Below are positions 12,301 to 24,573 of a DNA stretch of 64,000 bases, in pieces. A program made the translations under genes and the position numbers. The notes under the pieces are model-generated. The model searched no databases and was not told the DNA's origin. It was given only the letters and a program-made list of their open reading frames with translations. Every line of letters starts with the position of its first letter. Positions within the stretch are counted from its first letter, which is position 1. Source of the stretch: Podarcis vaucheri (Eukaryota); assembly GCA_965113315.1 (NCBI GenBank), contig OZ220366.1. One strand, given 5' to 3'.

Positions 12301-13733
12301 CTTCCCTGAAATACATCTCACAGGGTAGTCGGTGGTAGATGGCCTTGGGAGGCAGGGCAGTTCAGCTAGAGCAGGGGTGGGAAACCTCAGGCCCTCCAAA
12401 TGTGGCCCTCCAAGCCTCTCTAACTGGCCCTTGGAACTCTCCCTAGACCAAATCTCTCACTGCCCCCTGCTTTGCACCCCAGGTGTTTTTGTCTGGCTCA
12501 AACATGGGCACAATTCACCTAATGTGCCCTGTTAGCAGAAGCCCTGTGCAACAATTTCCCCTTTCACATTGGGGCTTGGCCCCCTCTCCTAAACTGAAGA
12601 GGAGGGGGGTTGTTTCACTTGGCAAGCTGCAATGCACACACAGATGGAGCGTTTGCAAGAGCCTGGTATTGAATTATATCCTGTGTCCTTGAACTCTGAT
12701 AATGCTTCTTGCTTGTCTCGATGAAGGATGAAGTGGGATGTGGTAGTTTATGTGGAAGCTAGCCTACTGTGCAGAGGTAAACATTGACATAAGTTGCTTC
12801 GCCTACTGGCCCTTAGAAGACTGGAGAGAAGGGAATGCAAACCTTGGGCTGAAAAAGTTCCTCCATCTCTGATCTGGAAGAAAGTCTGAAGTTGCCTTTG
12901 CCTTTGCCTCCCCCCTCCCCCCCCCCATTCCTTCCCATTGGGCAGTTGATACAAACTGATGGAAAGAACCAAAACAGTGTCAAGCAGAATGATAAAATAT
13001 TATAACAAAACCAACAAATATTACAGATTACTGGTTGATCTTACCCACTGATGAGCCAGATCTTTGCCAGCTGTTGGGTGGCATATAATGGCAGAGCCAT
13101 ATAGGGTCCATTTAGGGAGCATATTCCACAGAGTCAGTGCCACAATAAAATAGGTCCTATTTTGTGCCTCCCTGCCAAACCTTAGCCAGTGGGCAGACCG
13201 GAAGCAGGGGCTCAGCTATCAAATGGTTGGCATGGGATTGTAAATATGGCAGAAGAGGATCGTTTAGATTCCTATGTTTATCTCCATGCTGTGAAAGAAA
13301 TGCTTCACCTGCTGGTATCAGCAAAAGCTGTTGGGTAAAGGCACTGGAATGAGCTGGAGTTTTCTTTTCTTTTCTGAAAGGTAGGCCACCCTATTTTCTT
13401 TACTTCCCCTGTTAAAAAACTAAACTTCAAAACTGCTTTTTGCACTACTGGGGCAGCCCACTTAAGTTGATGTGGGTCATTGTGACCCGCTAGTTCAAGC
13501 AGTTTAAGACCACAGTACTATGGCTTGGAGGACAAAAAGAAAGAAAAGGCGGGGGAAGCGTTTTCTCTCTTGATTAGAAGCTCAGGATCATTGGTGCTGA
13601 ACTCTTCTGTGGAGCTATCCAAAAGGGCAACTTGGTGGGTCTCATTAGAGAGTGAGAATGAAAAAGTGGGTAGAGTTCAGAATAAGAACCAGGTCTCAAA
13701 TGGAAGATAAAGTTTAAGTCAGTTAAAACCACA

Positions 13734-13900
13734 GTGCAATCCTATGCATGTCTACTGAGATGTGTCCCATTCAGTTCAATGAGATAATGCCAGGGAAGTG
13801 TGTTTAGGATTGCAGCCTTATGGCACAATCCCATGCATGTTTATTCAGCAGTAAGTCCCATTGTGTTCAATGTGTATAAAACTGTGCATTGTAAGACTGC
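13734..13900. mobile_element. Two adjacent short palindromic MITE-like repeats
   Basis: TGCAATCCTATGCATG...TAGGATTGCAGCC, then a second unit CACAATCCCATGCATG...GTCCCATTGTGTTCAATG. Confidence 0.6.
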
Positions 13901-14191
13901 AAATCAAATTTTTGAAGTTTAGATGATTTTGATTTTACCACATGTAGATATGGTTTCTCACATACTGACCAAAGGATAATCAAGTTAGGATACTAGGTGG
14001 AAGGTCTGTATCCACTTGAGAATTGGGGCATATTTTCTATCCTGACTTTAAAGAGTTTATATACTTGTATACTTCTATACTTATATCACTGGTCCATGAA
14101 AGAAGAGACATATGCAGCTTGTTATATGGAGCTGGGCATCAGAAAAGATGAATTTACATCTTCTGCATGGTTCCCTCTAGAGTGATAGACA

Positions 14192-14290
14192 TGTTAGTCT
14201 GTTGTTACAAAAACAACAAAGTCTGGTTGGGCCTTAAAGACTAACATAAGCTTTTGTGGATACCACCCAATGTGTCAAATGCATGAAAGG
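14192..14290. mobile_element. Penelope-like terminal repeat remnant
   Basis: TGTTAGTCTG...AAAAACAACAAAG...CCTTAAAGACTAAC...AAGCTTTTGTGG...ATGCATGAA, recalled as a reptile Penelope terminus. A similar remnant lies at ~5765-6050. Confidence 0.55.
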
Positions 14291-14358
14291 TTAACCTCCT
14301 GCCTTATGTTTTTATTAACAAATTCATGGCTATCAATAGCTACTAGTTAAGATAGCTA

Positions 14359-14487
14359 TAGAGCATGAGACTCTTAATGTGAGGGTCGTGGGTTTGAGCC
14401 CCACATTGGGCAAAAAGATTCCTGCATTACAGCGGATTGGATTAGATGACCCACGGGATCCCTTCCAACTGTATCATTCTATGATTC
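14359..14487 (+). mobile_element. tRNA-Lys(CTT)-derived SINE with CR1-like tail
   Basis: TAGAGCATGAGACTCTTAATGTGAGGGTCGTGGGTTTGAGCCCCACATTGGGC closely follows vertebrate tRNA-Lys-CTT. The tail ends ATTCTATGATTC. Confidence 0.87.
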
Positions 14488-15215
14488 CTCCCATATTGGG
14501 GGCAGTATCTCCTTGAATACCAGTTGCTCTCTCTCTCATTTCCTGCTTATGGGCTTCCCAGGAGTATTTGGGATGCTGACCAGGATGCTGAACTAGGTGG
14601 CCTGATCCAGCTGTCTCCTTATATTTTTATGCTACTTGAATCTGAAATATCTACAGTGGAGAGTCCATAAATAGTACTCAAATGCGTTGTGCAATTTGTC
14701 ATTTGGAACGTCTAAAACGGGGACTAATTCTTTCAGTAAACTTATCCTCTGTTTGAAAGATACTCAAAGCCACATTGTAAACTGGAGCAAGACAGCTTCA
14801 ATCAAAGAGCCAATTTCACTTCACAACCCGAAGACAATGCCCACTTTGTACACCGCCTTTCAGATCAAACCAATGGAGCTAGCCTTCGCCTAGTAGTCTG
14901 TGCAAAGCCTTAAAGTGCATCCTTCACAGGACTCCCCCCCCCCTTGTTCAGATTTAAGGTAACTTCTTGGCTTGATGGTTTTCAGCTGAACTGAACTGTG
15001 AAACCTGATATGGAGCACATTTAATACCACCAGTATATGTACTGAATGCTAAGAAATGGTGGATATGAGGGGGGAGTGGGATCGTGACAGCAGGACCTGT
15101 ACATAAGACCTATACATCCTTAGTTAACTATCAAAAGAGACTCTGCACACATACAAACTCTATATATGAGACTAGGAACTTGCAGAAAGCAGGGTTCTCA
15201 ATCACATGGAAAGAT

Positions 15216-15370
15216 CCAGTGCAATGTAATGGTTAGAGCATTGGACTATGACCTAGGAAACCGGAAACCAGACTTCAAATCCCCACTCAGCCATGAAGCT
15301 CCCTTGGGCCAGTCACTCACTCTCAGCCAAACCTACCTCAAGAGTTGTGGTGGGGATTAAATGAGGAAAA
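15216..15370 (+). mobile_element. MIR/CORE-like SINE, degenerate
   Basis: TGTAATGGTTAGAGCATTGGAC...CTTCAAATCCCCACTCAGCCATGAAGCTC...CTTGGGCCAGTCAC. Similar remnants at ~38915-39045 (+) and ~51590-51780 (-). Confidence 0.7.
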
Positions 15371-18300
15371 CAGGTAGGATATAACTGCAATAAATCAATG
15401 CATTTGTATGCATATAGGGTCTGTTATTTCAATCTAGCAGATATGTATAGATTTGGAACAGGTCCTGCTGCCATTATCCCTGTCACCAGGGCTTGTGCAC
15501 ACATAAGGCAGCCCGCTTCGGGTGGCATGATCCACTGGGGCAGCAGATCCGGCCTCCAATGAACACATTGCCCACTGCTGCCACAGTGTCAACAGCAGCT
15601 GCGGCACACTTCCTTGGAGGTCAGATCTGCCGCCACCTTTGCAGTGCCCTATCCATCACTGCCACATGCAAGTGCACAAGCACTACAGTGACCTGCCCAG
15701 AGTGTCAGTACCCCTACATCGCAATGAGGTGGTTTAAGGGGGAGCAGGAGGCATGGTGCAGGTGCACTGAGGCTCTGCCCAGGACCACAGCGTAAGTATG
15801 CCTCCTCATTCCTCGCAACAGAGGCCTTCTTGCATTTTTGTACTGGCCATAGCCTCAGTGTGCTGCCTGTGGAGTCTCGAGTCTCCCCTCACCCACCTGG
15901 CAGGGTGACAAGGTTCTGCAATGGCTTTCCCCAAGGAGATGCCCTTGCGGAGCCTGCCTTCCTGCCTAGTGGTGAGGCTTTGTCAGGGCGGGGGTCAGAT
16001 CAAGGGTGGCAGTGGGGTGTCTTGCCCGAGGTGCCAAAACACCTCAGATGCCTCTGCTTCTCCCTTTCCTCTTCCTATTCATTCACACACTGATTGTGCG
16101 AAAAGCACTATTGTTGGCTGCTAATAGCTTGCTCTGCTTGACTTCTGGTAGCAGGGTGTTCAATGAGTAATGACAGGAAAAGAGGGCTCATTATAATTAC
16201 AGCACATTAAGTTAGTGGAAGTTTTCTTGGCAAGGCGTTATGAGTCCATGCTCTTCCAGAATTGACTGCTGAAGGGACTGTTTAAAATTTAAAACGTTCT
16301 CGTTGGGTGCCTCTTGTGGAATACAGATTGGCCCACATTAGAAAATGGAAACTCCATCACAGATTTCTCCCCAACCAGACCATGATTATATCCATTTACA
16401 TTTTTCCCCACAGTGTCACCTTCCTGCACATGGATATCAGTATTCGCGTATTGCAGTCAACTACTCTCACCCTAGTCCCCACCCAATTCCTTGCTTCTGA
16501 AAAAAAGAATGTGTATAAAAACTGAGGGGGTGGGGAGGCATCACGAAAAATTTCTACGTTATTTGCAAGGTGTGAAATTGTGTGTGCGGTAGATCCGTTG
16601 CAATCAGTAGACACAACTAACTTACATCCATTGGTGTCAATAGGAAGATTGCAATAGGATGCAATCATATATTTTTAGTTCATAATGGTGGAGGAAGATT
16701 TTGGCTAATAAGACTAGAAGGGCCAAGTCAAAGACCCATTTACAATAATAACAAAGCACTCCTGGTGGAATCCACTTTTTGGAACATTTTCTAAGCTGCA
16801 GTGAATTAAGCATTTGGAGTAATGTCCCAAACCATGGTTTGATTTCACAAAATAAAAAAGAGTAAAAAAAAGTCACATGAAAGGAAAGGGCTACAGATGG
16901 AAGATGGAATTGATAATATAAGATGGGAGGGGGGAGGGAATATTGAGACACCAAAATCAATGATGAGTGGGAAAGCACAAAAGCATAGAAAGTTCGCAGA
17001 AGAATGGCCATTTCTGTTTTCTCAATCTCCATTCCTAGCTGGAGAAAAATCTATCTTGCACTTGCTTCTCCTCTTCCCCTAACAAAAATAGATGCCTGGG
17101 CAGGTGTCCTGTTTTTCTCCTTGAAAATCAGTTCATCTTATAAATGCATTTAAAAAAAACAAACAAACATATAAGCACTGTCTCAAACTGCAGAACTATT
17201 GTGAGCTTTTTTAGCATCTGAATCTGAAGGAGGTCATACTTTCAGTGGGACCTCTCCAATATTTTATGTACAAATTCATCTATCAGACTGTCATACTTAA
17301 AGCTTTTTGACAGTTCACTTTCTACTGATACCATTTAAAAAATCCTGAGAGTCATTTTCTTGGCTCATCAGACACCTCAGAGAGCTCTGTGGAAACTACG
17401 ATAATGGGTCCACCCAGGGAAATGCACAGTACTACAGCCTTGTGCTGTCTTTTTCATTCAGAAATACACATTTTACAGTGGCAAATGAATATATAGCCTG
17501 TTTCATTTCAGCAAGGCATTGCAGCTTCTTCATCCGTTACTAATAGTCAATATCAAAATAGTCTTTTGGGGTCCATTGGCGTTTGTTAGGAAGAGGCAGC
17601 CTTAGCAATTTTGAATAGGCCTGAGAAACAACATTTTGCCAGTATGTGAGAAGTTTCCATTCCTGTAGCACCATTATGTACAAACCTGTCCGAAGGGTTT
17701 GTGGGAAGGAATTAGTGAGAACAATCTTTTGTCACACAACATTTTAAATTGCTTGTATATAATATGTATGCAGTCAAGGACAATCAGTAACCAAGTCCCT
17801 ATAGTCTCATTGTGGGGGGAGAAGTTGTTGGAAGGACATTACATATTTGCTCCAAGACATCTGAAGATTTTAGAAAGCTTCTTAGGGGAATATTCAAGGT
17901 TCTAGTTTTGACATACAAATCTCTAACCTTGTGGCTTGGGCACTAGCCCTACATATATGAGACAGTATAATCTCCAATATATCACAGCTCAATCTTCAGG
18001 ATCAATAATATCACTCTACTTTACCTGTGAGACCTTCCTATTCGGGCTGGCTTTTTAAAGGTCAAGATTAAGCCACTATGGGATGATTTTGCAATATAAT
18101 AGCCAAAGACTTAGTGGAAATTTATTCTGTATTGTCCCTTTTCAGGATCTCTAAAAAGAAGGACCCTAAGAATCATAACTTTTTTGTTTTACAAAAAAAG
18201 AGAAGTTTCTAGCTTTCCTTGTTAGAATCTGAAAATGTACTGACAGAGCATGTGCTATCAAATTAAAAACAGAGAGGAACGGGGTTTCTTTTCCATTGGT

Positions 18301-18479
18301 CGAAGAGTGGGTTTCTCCTTCAGGTACAATATTATCAGGGACTCATTTTACACACATCAGATGTATTCACCTTAGCCTGCTCTTTCTCAAGCTACTGAAT
18401 TGCAAGTTAGAGGTCATATTCTATGTTGTGCTGCATGATTGCTGCCATTTAAATTTCCGGAACATATAAGCAAAAGGTT

Positions 18480-18850
18480 TTAAAAACAGCTTTGCAAGAA
18501 TATTTGGCTTTAAGCAGGACTTGAAAGATGAGCAAGACAAAGAGAATGGGCCAAATGATCTTAAGTTAAAGAACACTATCCAGTAATGTATAGCTGGGAA
18601 TGCTAAAGTTTCCTTTACTATATGAGCAATATTTTCAATGAGGTGTATTATCAGAAGTAAGAGATAAAACCAAGGGTGGCAAAAAGCCTTAAAAGGTGAG
18701 GGCAGAAATCTTGAATTGGGGTAAAGACTGGTAAACAATGAAAAGGCTTGAACTGGCCAATGCAGGGAGCAAGATATGTGATCCTAGCAACCGAGATTTG
18801 AGCAGAGACTGACAAGGTGGCTGCTATAGCCTGCAAGAAAACAGCAAGAA
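18480..18850 (-). mobile_element. Ancient L2 fragment
   Basis: Minus-strand peptides FKPFHCLPV and SFKSCLKP resemble L2 LHWLPV and FKSxLKT motifs. Confidence 0.5.
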
Positions 18851-19010
18851 AGAGCCAAGAGCCTGTTGATATTGATCATTTTGGGGAAATAAAAGTAGCA
18901 GGCCCTTGCAGTGGATTGAATCTGGCAGGTGGAGATGTGTACAGTTGCGAGGAAGAACTCTGCAGTCTCATTGGACTACAGGGGAAATGATAGCTTTCTC
19001 TGGAGTTGTG

Positions 19011-19149
19011 ATAGAATCACAGAAGCATAGAATTGTAGAGTTGGAAGGGACCACATGGTTCACGCGGTCCAGCTCTCTGCAATGTGGGAATCTTTCAAAG
19101 TGGGGCTTGAAACCCACAACCCTGAGATTGAGTCTCATGCTCTACCGAC
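19011..19149 (-). mobile_element. tRNA-Lys-derived SINE with CR1-like tail
   Basis: Reverse complement GTCGGTAGAGCATGAGACTCAATCTCAGGGTTGTGGGTTTCAAGCCCCAC...CCCTTCCAACTCTACAATTCTATG. Confidence 0.83.
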
Positions 19150-19214
19150 GAATCCAATCACAGTTGTTGTAGCAATATGAATCTCTTAAAAATTGGGAGG
19201 GAAAATACAAAGTC

Positions 19215-19345
19215 AGAATCGGGGAACCTGTGGCCTTCCAGATATGGTGGGACTTCAACTCCCACTAGGCACTGTCAGCATGCCCAGTAGTCAAGGATGG
19301 TGGGAGTTGTAGTCCAGCAAGATCTGGAGTATCACAGGTTCCTAG
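19215..19345. mobile_element. Degenerate palindromic hAT MITE
   Basis: GGGAACCTGTGGCCTTCCAGAT...CAACTCCCA...TGGGAGTTGTAGTCC...ATCTGGAGTATCACAGGTTCC. Another relic lies at ~25-122. Confidence 0.7.
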
Positions 19346-20865
19346 TCTTTGCAGTTCTGCTGCTTTTCTTTTGTTTGTTGCTCCTGTTTGCAGTTTCCCC
19401 TCTTACTCAAATAATTCCTGCAGTTTCTCAGACTTGGTGGGGCGGGGGGGGGGAGGCTTCCACTTCTGGAGATATTTTGTGACCAAAACAGCGAGGTAAT
19501 TTTTAGTCTTCTGTCTTCCCTCGAGAGGAGAGGAATTTTCTTGCCATTTGTATTTTCATCTGGCATTCAATACTTACTGGAACCTGCAGAAAGCTTTTAT
19601 TGCCTTATTTCATCTTACAAAGCCCTCTCTTATTCTCCATATAAAACATATTGATGCCATTTCCCATGAAGTGCACCCTAAATATATTTAACTAGGCATT
19701 AAATTTAGATTTAACAGGATAGTAACTGCCTCCTAAGTAAATACTCTGAGATAAGGAAATGTTTAGCCAGATTTAGCAGTTGTGTGGCAGATGCTACTCG
19801 CATTGCATAATTGTTAATCTCCGACAAATATGTTTTCTTTACTCCACTGGTATTTAATTAACATATAATAACTCTTATTAACTGCAAATGAACAGCTCAC
19901 ATGATGCCATGGGAAGAGGTATGCAGTGCTATTGATGTAGTTGGCTGTTTCAGATTGCCTTCAACTTCTCAGAGTAGCAAGCTTCACCCCAGCTTATGTG
20001 CTTCTTCACAATAGTGTCCTTGTCAAGGTCATCCTGGACAAGAGAGGAGAAAGCTTCATTACGAAATAGCATATCAAGGCAGAGGCATCATTATAGTGTG
20101 AGCTGTATTTACTGTAGGCCAACAGAATGCATATTACAAGGGTAGGTGTGGGGTTTTTTCATTAAAATTTTAATTGAATTGAAAAATTTAGAAGATCGTC
20201 TGAATTTTCAGTTTGGGAATTGCATTTGCAAAGAACCAAATCAGTACAGAGGAATGGTCCAAGCATTTTGATACAACTGATGACAGCAAATATGGAAATC
20301 TGGGACATGGTGTGCATGTGTATCAAATATCAATTTCTGTTGTGGGAGCAATTAAAAATAACTGTAAAAAGATGCTGGTGTAAAATTCTTACTAATATAT
20401 TCCATTTCAGAATTTTCATTACAAACTACAGCTTGAAAACAAAGATCCCCACACCCAAAATTTATCAGCTGATACAATGAATCACAATGGGTGTGAATCA
20501 TGAAGACAAACCACTATTTAGCTAAAAGGACTGAAAACAATTACAATAATTAATAATAATCTGTTCTGCTTGACAGCAAGTCTTGTATAGCTCCAAAGCT
20601 TGCATACACTAGACCCAATAGTCCTTACTAATTTAATAAATAATAAAAAGATTGTAAATAATAATAAATAATAAAATACATTATTTATAACATAGCAAGG
20701 GATGCCACCATGCAGAAACTAGCTGAAGCCTGCACAACCAACACAGATAGGCATTTGCCAGTTGATTAAGTTGCTTTCAATGTATACTTGACTTTATTCG
20801 GTAATGTTTTATTCTGGATTGTTTTATTTGATGTTTTGATGTGGTTTGTAAACCACTTTGAGGTT

Positions 20866-20866
<1 letters not shown>

Positions 20867-20905
<39 letters not shown>
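20867..20905. repeat. (AAT)n microsatellite
   Basis: Direct reading. Confidence 0.95.
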
Positions 20906-20907
<2 letters not shown>

Positions 20908-22022
20908 TGTGCTAAACTGGGTATCATTTGCCTGGACTGATCTGGATATGAATGTGCATTGCCATCCAATACTATTGACCGTTGTGTGTGTGTTATAGGA
21001 TCAGGGGCACTTATGTCACTTATTTATATATTTTATAATCTGGAAGTAACATGGCAACAACTCTGCGCGTATACGTTACAGTTTGACGTAACAATAACCC
21101 ATAGTTTGCGGTTTGTTTATATGAACTTGCCAGTTATTTAGATGACATTGTATTTTATGCAAACTCTGGCAAATGGCAACAACTAAGTGTTTCAATTCTG
21201 CAACAAAATGCTCATGACTCTATTCCATTGAAAAAGTAAAGCACATAACTTGTTGAATGTCTTCATCATCTGCAAGCAGGAGCAAGATGGCAACAGTTCA
21301 GAAGGAATCCCTAATTTGGACTTTTGTTGGCTTTAATTGGAAAAAAATAAGCTCTCTTCCTATTAATCCTTTCCTCTGTCACATGCTCTTGTCCTGGTTG
21401 TAGCCAGATTCCAGAATCTGGCAGCATCATTAAGATTGTCCCTGGGCATGGCTGTCTCATATATGTGAGGAATGGGAAAAGAGGGAGGGTACCGACACTG
21501 ATTGAGCCATCATCCCAGGCTAACTGCCCCCTACCCGCTTACTTAATTAATCTCCCATCCTTGTGCAATGATGGCGATGGTGCACGAACTGCTCTGAGAA
21601 TGCTCTTTGGGTCAAGCTGGCAAAGCTGTTGCAAGGATCTGGGGCTCAGCTGCCGGTGCTGGCGTTGGGGGAAGACAGACTGAGCATTCACACTGCAGGC
21701 AACTCAATGCCATCATTGTCTGCACTCCAATTAGACCCTCACAGGCCAGGGGCACAGAGGAGAGAGCGTGCAAGAGGAAAGGGCTGGTCTGAGGGTGCGG
21801 CTGTGACTGTTTCATCTGGGGAAGGAAAAGGAAAGAAGAATAAAAGAGCAATATCTGAAACTGAAATGCTAATTGCCCATAAGAATGTTCCCCTTTTCAT
21901 CAAAAGGACTAATGATTTAAGGATGCTCTGTCAAACTTCGGGTCATTACAAAAATTCTGCCCCCAGGTCCAACTGCCAACCTTTTGTTGTCTCTATTCCT
22001 CACTCCTCAGTTCTTAGATTGT

Positions 22023-22023
<1 letters not shown>

Positions 22024-22056
<33 letters not shown>
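22024..22056. repeat. (GT)n microsatellite
   Basis: Direct reading. Confidence 0.95.
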
Positions 22057-22057
<1 letters not shown>

Positions 22058-23068
22058 TCATTAATGTTAAGATATTGCAGTAAAAAGGGTATTCAAACAT
22101 ATGGATAGCACTGTGATTATATTTCAGGAAGATTTTCTGCTCTCCGTTAATAGCAGTATATATAGATCAGCCTCAAGCTGAACACAGTAAAGAAAAAGGA
22201 ATGGGGGGTGGAAGGCAAAGGGGAAGGAAGGAAAGGAAATCAGCCCAGCTTTAGATGCAATTGGAGGTTATAGTTTAGTAAAATGGAATGTTAGTGACAG
22301 TGTAATTTCAGCCCAGGTAGTGGCATTCTGGACTGCATAAATTCAGATTTGGGATCCCAGTTTGGGATCAGGGAGCTTTTTAAACTGGGGAGTGTGTTAA
22401 ATATGTGCCTCTACCCCACCCTAACCTTAAATGGTAGAAGCCAGGATTCTATCACCTCATGCTCTCTGGTTTGGGATCAGGGAGTTTTTTAACATTGGGA
22501 GATGGTGTTAAAAGATATGCCCATCCCACTTAGTCTGAAGCGATGCAGTTTAGAATACTTTGTTTATATTTATTTATAATAATGTTTATATACCACCTTC
22601 TCATAAAATATCAGGGCAGTCATATCATCTCAGTCTATCACCTTGTTCTGAATAATGTGTAGAAACACTGAGGTATGACTCCCATGATGCACTGAATGAG
22701 GGGAGTGGGAAGGCTACTCTTGGAAGAATGGAATCATAGAACCTTATGGATTAAGGGCTAATTTCCCCTGACAAGAACCTTGTTTGGGCATTTATTCAGG
22801 TAGAAATGGATAAGTGGAAGTAGAAATGGATACTTAAATTGGGGTTTACACCCTTTTGAATTATTCCTGACCTCCATATGTTTTGAATTCCTGTGTGCAT
22901 GCAAACAAACCTTAAGTCCCCATACCTGTGGTTCATAATATGCTTTTCTAGCTTGGGAGTCAAGCATTTTGGTGCCCAGGACTGCCAGACCTAGAAGTGG
23001 CAAACTTTCCCCAGCCTGCCCACCTTTCAATCACTTGAGGTCACTGTAATAGGACTTCAGGTGATTTA

Positions 23069-23203
23069 GGCCATGCACACACCATACATTTAAAGCACAT
23101 TAGTCGCCCCAGAATTGTAGGTCTGTGAAAAGAAAACAACAGTTCCCAGGCTTATTTGGGGGGGGGGGACAGTGTGCTTTCAATGTTTGGCATGCACACA
23201 GCC
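23069..23203. mobile_element. PIF/Harbinger-like palindromic MITE
   Basis: Imperfect arms GGCCATGCACAC...ACATTTAAAGCACA/TGTGCTTTCAATGT...GCACACAGCC, with 3-bp TTA on both sides. Confidence 0.68.
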
Positions 23204-23463
23204 TTAAACTTAAAACCGCAGGTGCAAAGATTCTTCCTTTGCAGTCCCAGCTGAGCTCGATCTGCCAAGAAAGATATTTCATTCGCCTCCCAGCTGAATT
23301 TGGTTCCATCACTTCTCCTGCTCTGCACATTATGTCATATGAGGGGACAAGTAGGCATGGCTTGGGCCAAACAGCACCACAGGCTGAAAGGGGGGGCCTG
23401 GGGCCCCCCAATTAGGTACTTGGGCTGCAAGTCCCCCCCAACTGCTGTATGCATTCAATGATA

Positions 23464-23812
23464 AAAGGTAAAGGGACCCCTGACCATTAGGTCCAGTCGT
23501 GACCGACTCTGGGGTTGTGGCGCTCATCTCGCTATTGGCCGAGGGAGCCGGCGTACAGCTTCCGGGTCATGTGGCCAGCATGACTAAGCCGCTTCTGGTG
23601 AACCAGAGCAGCGCACGGAAACACCGTTTACCTTCCTGCCAGAATGGTACCTATTTATCTACTTGCACATTGACGTGCTTTCGAATTGCTAGGTTGGCAG
23701 GAGCAGGGACCGAGCAACGGGAGCTCACCCCATCATAGGGATTCGAACCGCCAACCTTCTGATCAGCAAGTCCTAGGCTCTGTGGTTTAACCCACAGTGC
23801 CACCCGCGTCCC
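23464..23812 (-). mobile_element. Sauria SINE, full length
   Basis: The minus strand begins GGGACGCGGGTGGCACTGTGGGTTAAACC, has B-box GGTTCGAATCCC and ends GGGGTCCCTTTACCTTT. An imperfect AATGATA flank repeat is present. Confidence 0.92.
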
Positions 23813-24373
23813 CTCAAATGATAGGTGCACACATATAGAATTCAGGACCAGGATGCATGCCCAACTTGTGCTCATGGACTTGTGCTCATCATTGTGCTCC
23901 CCCAAGCCCTGTCTCCCACTGAAAGCTGCTGGCCTTTGCCAAACCCACCAGAAGCTGAAGCTGCCAGGCTTGGCAAACTGCTGCAGTGCAAACTACAGTT
24001 TAATGGAGCAAAGCAGTTTGCCAGCTCCTGAATTCAGCGAGTGCCTCCTCAGGTCAGAAAGAAGGCGGCAGGCTGAGGCAACAGAATACTGGACTGTCCC
24101 CCGCCGCGCCCGCGTGTATGAAGTTCCCACGTGCCAGAGAAAGATGTTGAAGGACCCTCTCCGCGAAGTTCTGCTTTACTTCTGAAAGGGCGCTTTATTA
24201 TGCAGGGGAGCGTTCAAAACACCACAAGCGCCCAGAAACCTTCCCTCATTCCATGCAATGTGGTGGCGAGCAGAGGAGCAGCCCTGGCGGGGGCACGACA
24301 ACCAAGGAGTAATACGACCCTCAGGAGGGTGAAATAGTGATATACGACTCTTAACGGGCCAACTCCCCCCCCC

Positions 24374-24573
24374 NNNNNNNNNNNNNNNNNNNNNNNNNNN
24401 NNNNNNNNNNNNNNNNNNNNNNNNNNNNNNNNNNNNNNNNNNNNNNNNNNNNNNNNNNNNNNNNNNNNNNNNNNNNNNNNNNNNNNNNNNNNNNNNNNNN
24501 NNNNNNNNNNNNNNNNNNNNNNNNNNNNNNNNNNNNNNNNNNNNNNNNNNNNNNNNNNNNNNNNNNNNNNNNN
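24374..24573. other. Assembly gap (200 N)
   Basis: Run of exactly 200 N. A round number suggests a placeholder of unknown true size. Confidence 0.97.

Noticed and set aside
14359-14415. Functional tRNA-Lys gene (also 33671 and 19011)
   Set aside because: The acceptor and anticodon stems are truncated or mutated and run directly into a CR1-like tail, so these are SINE heads.
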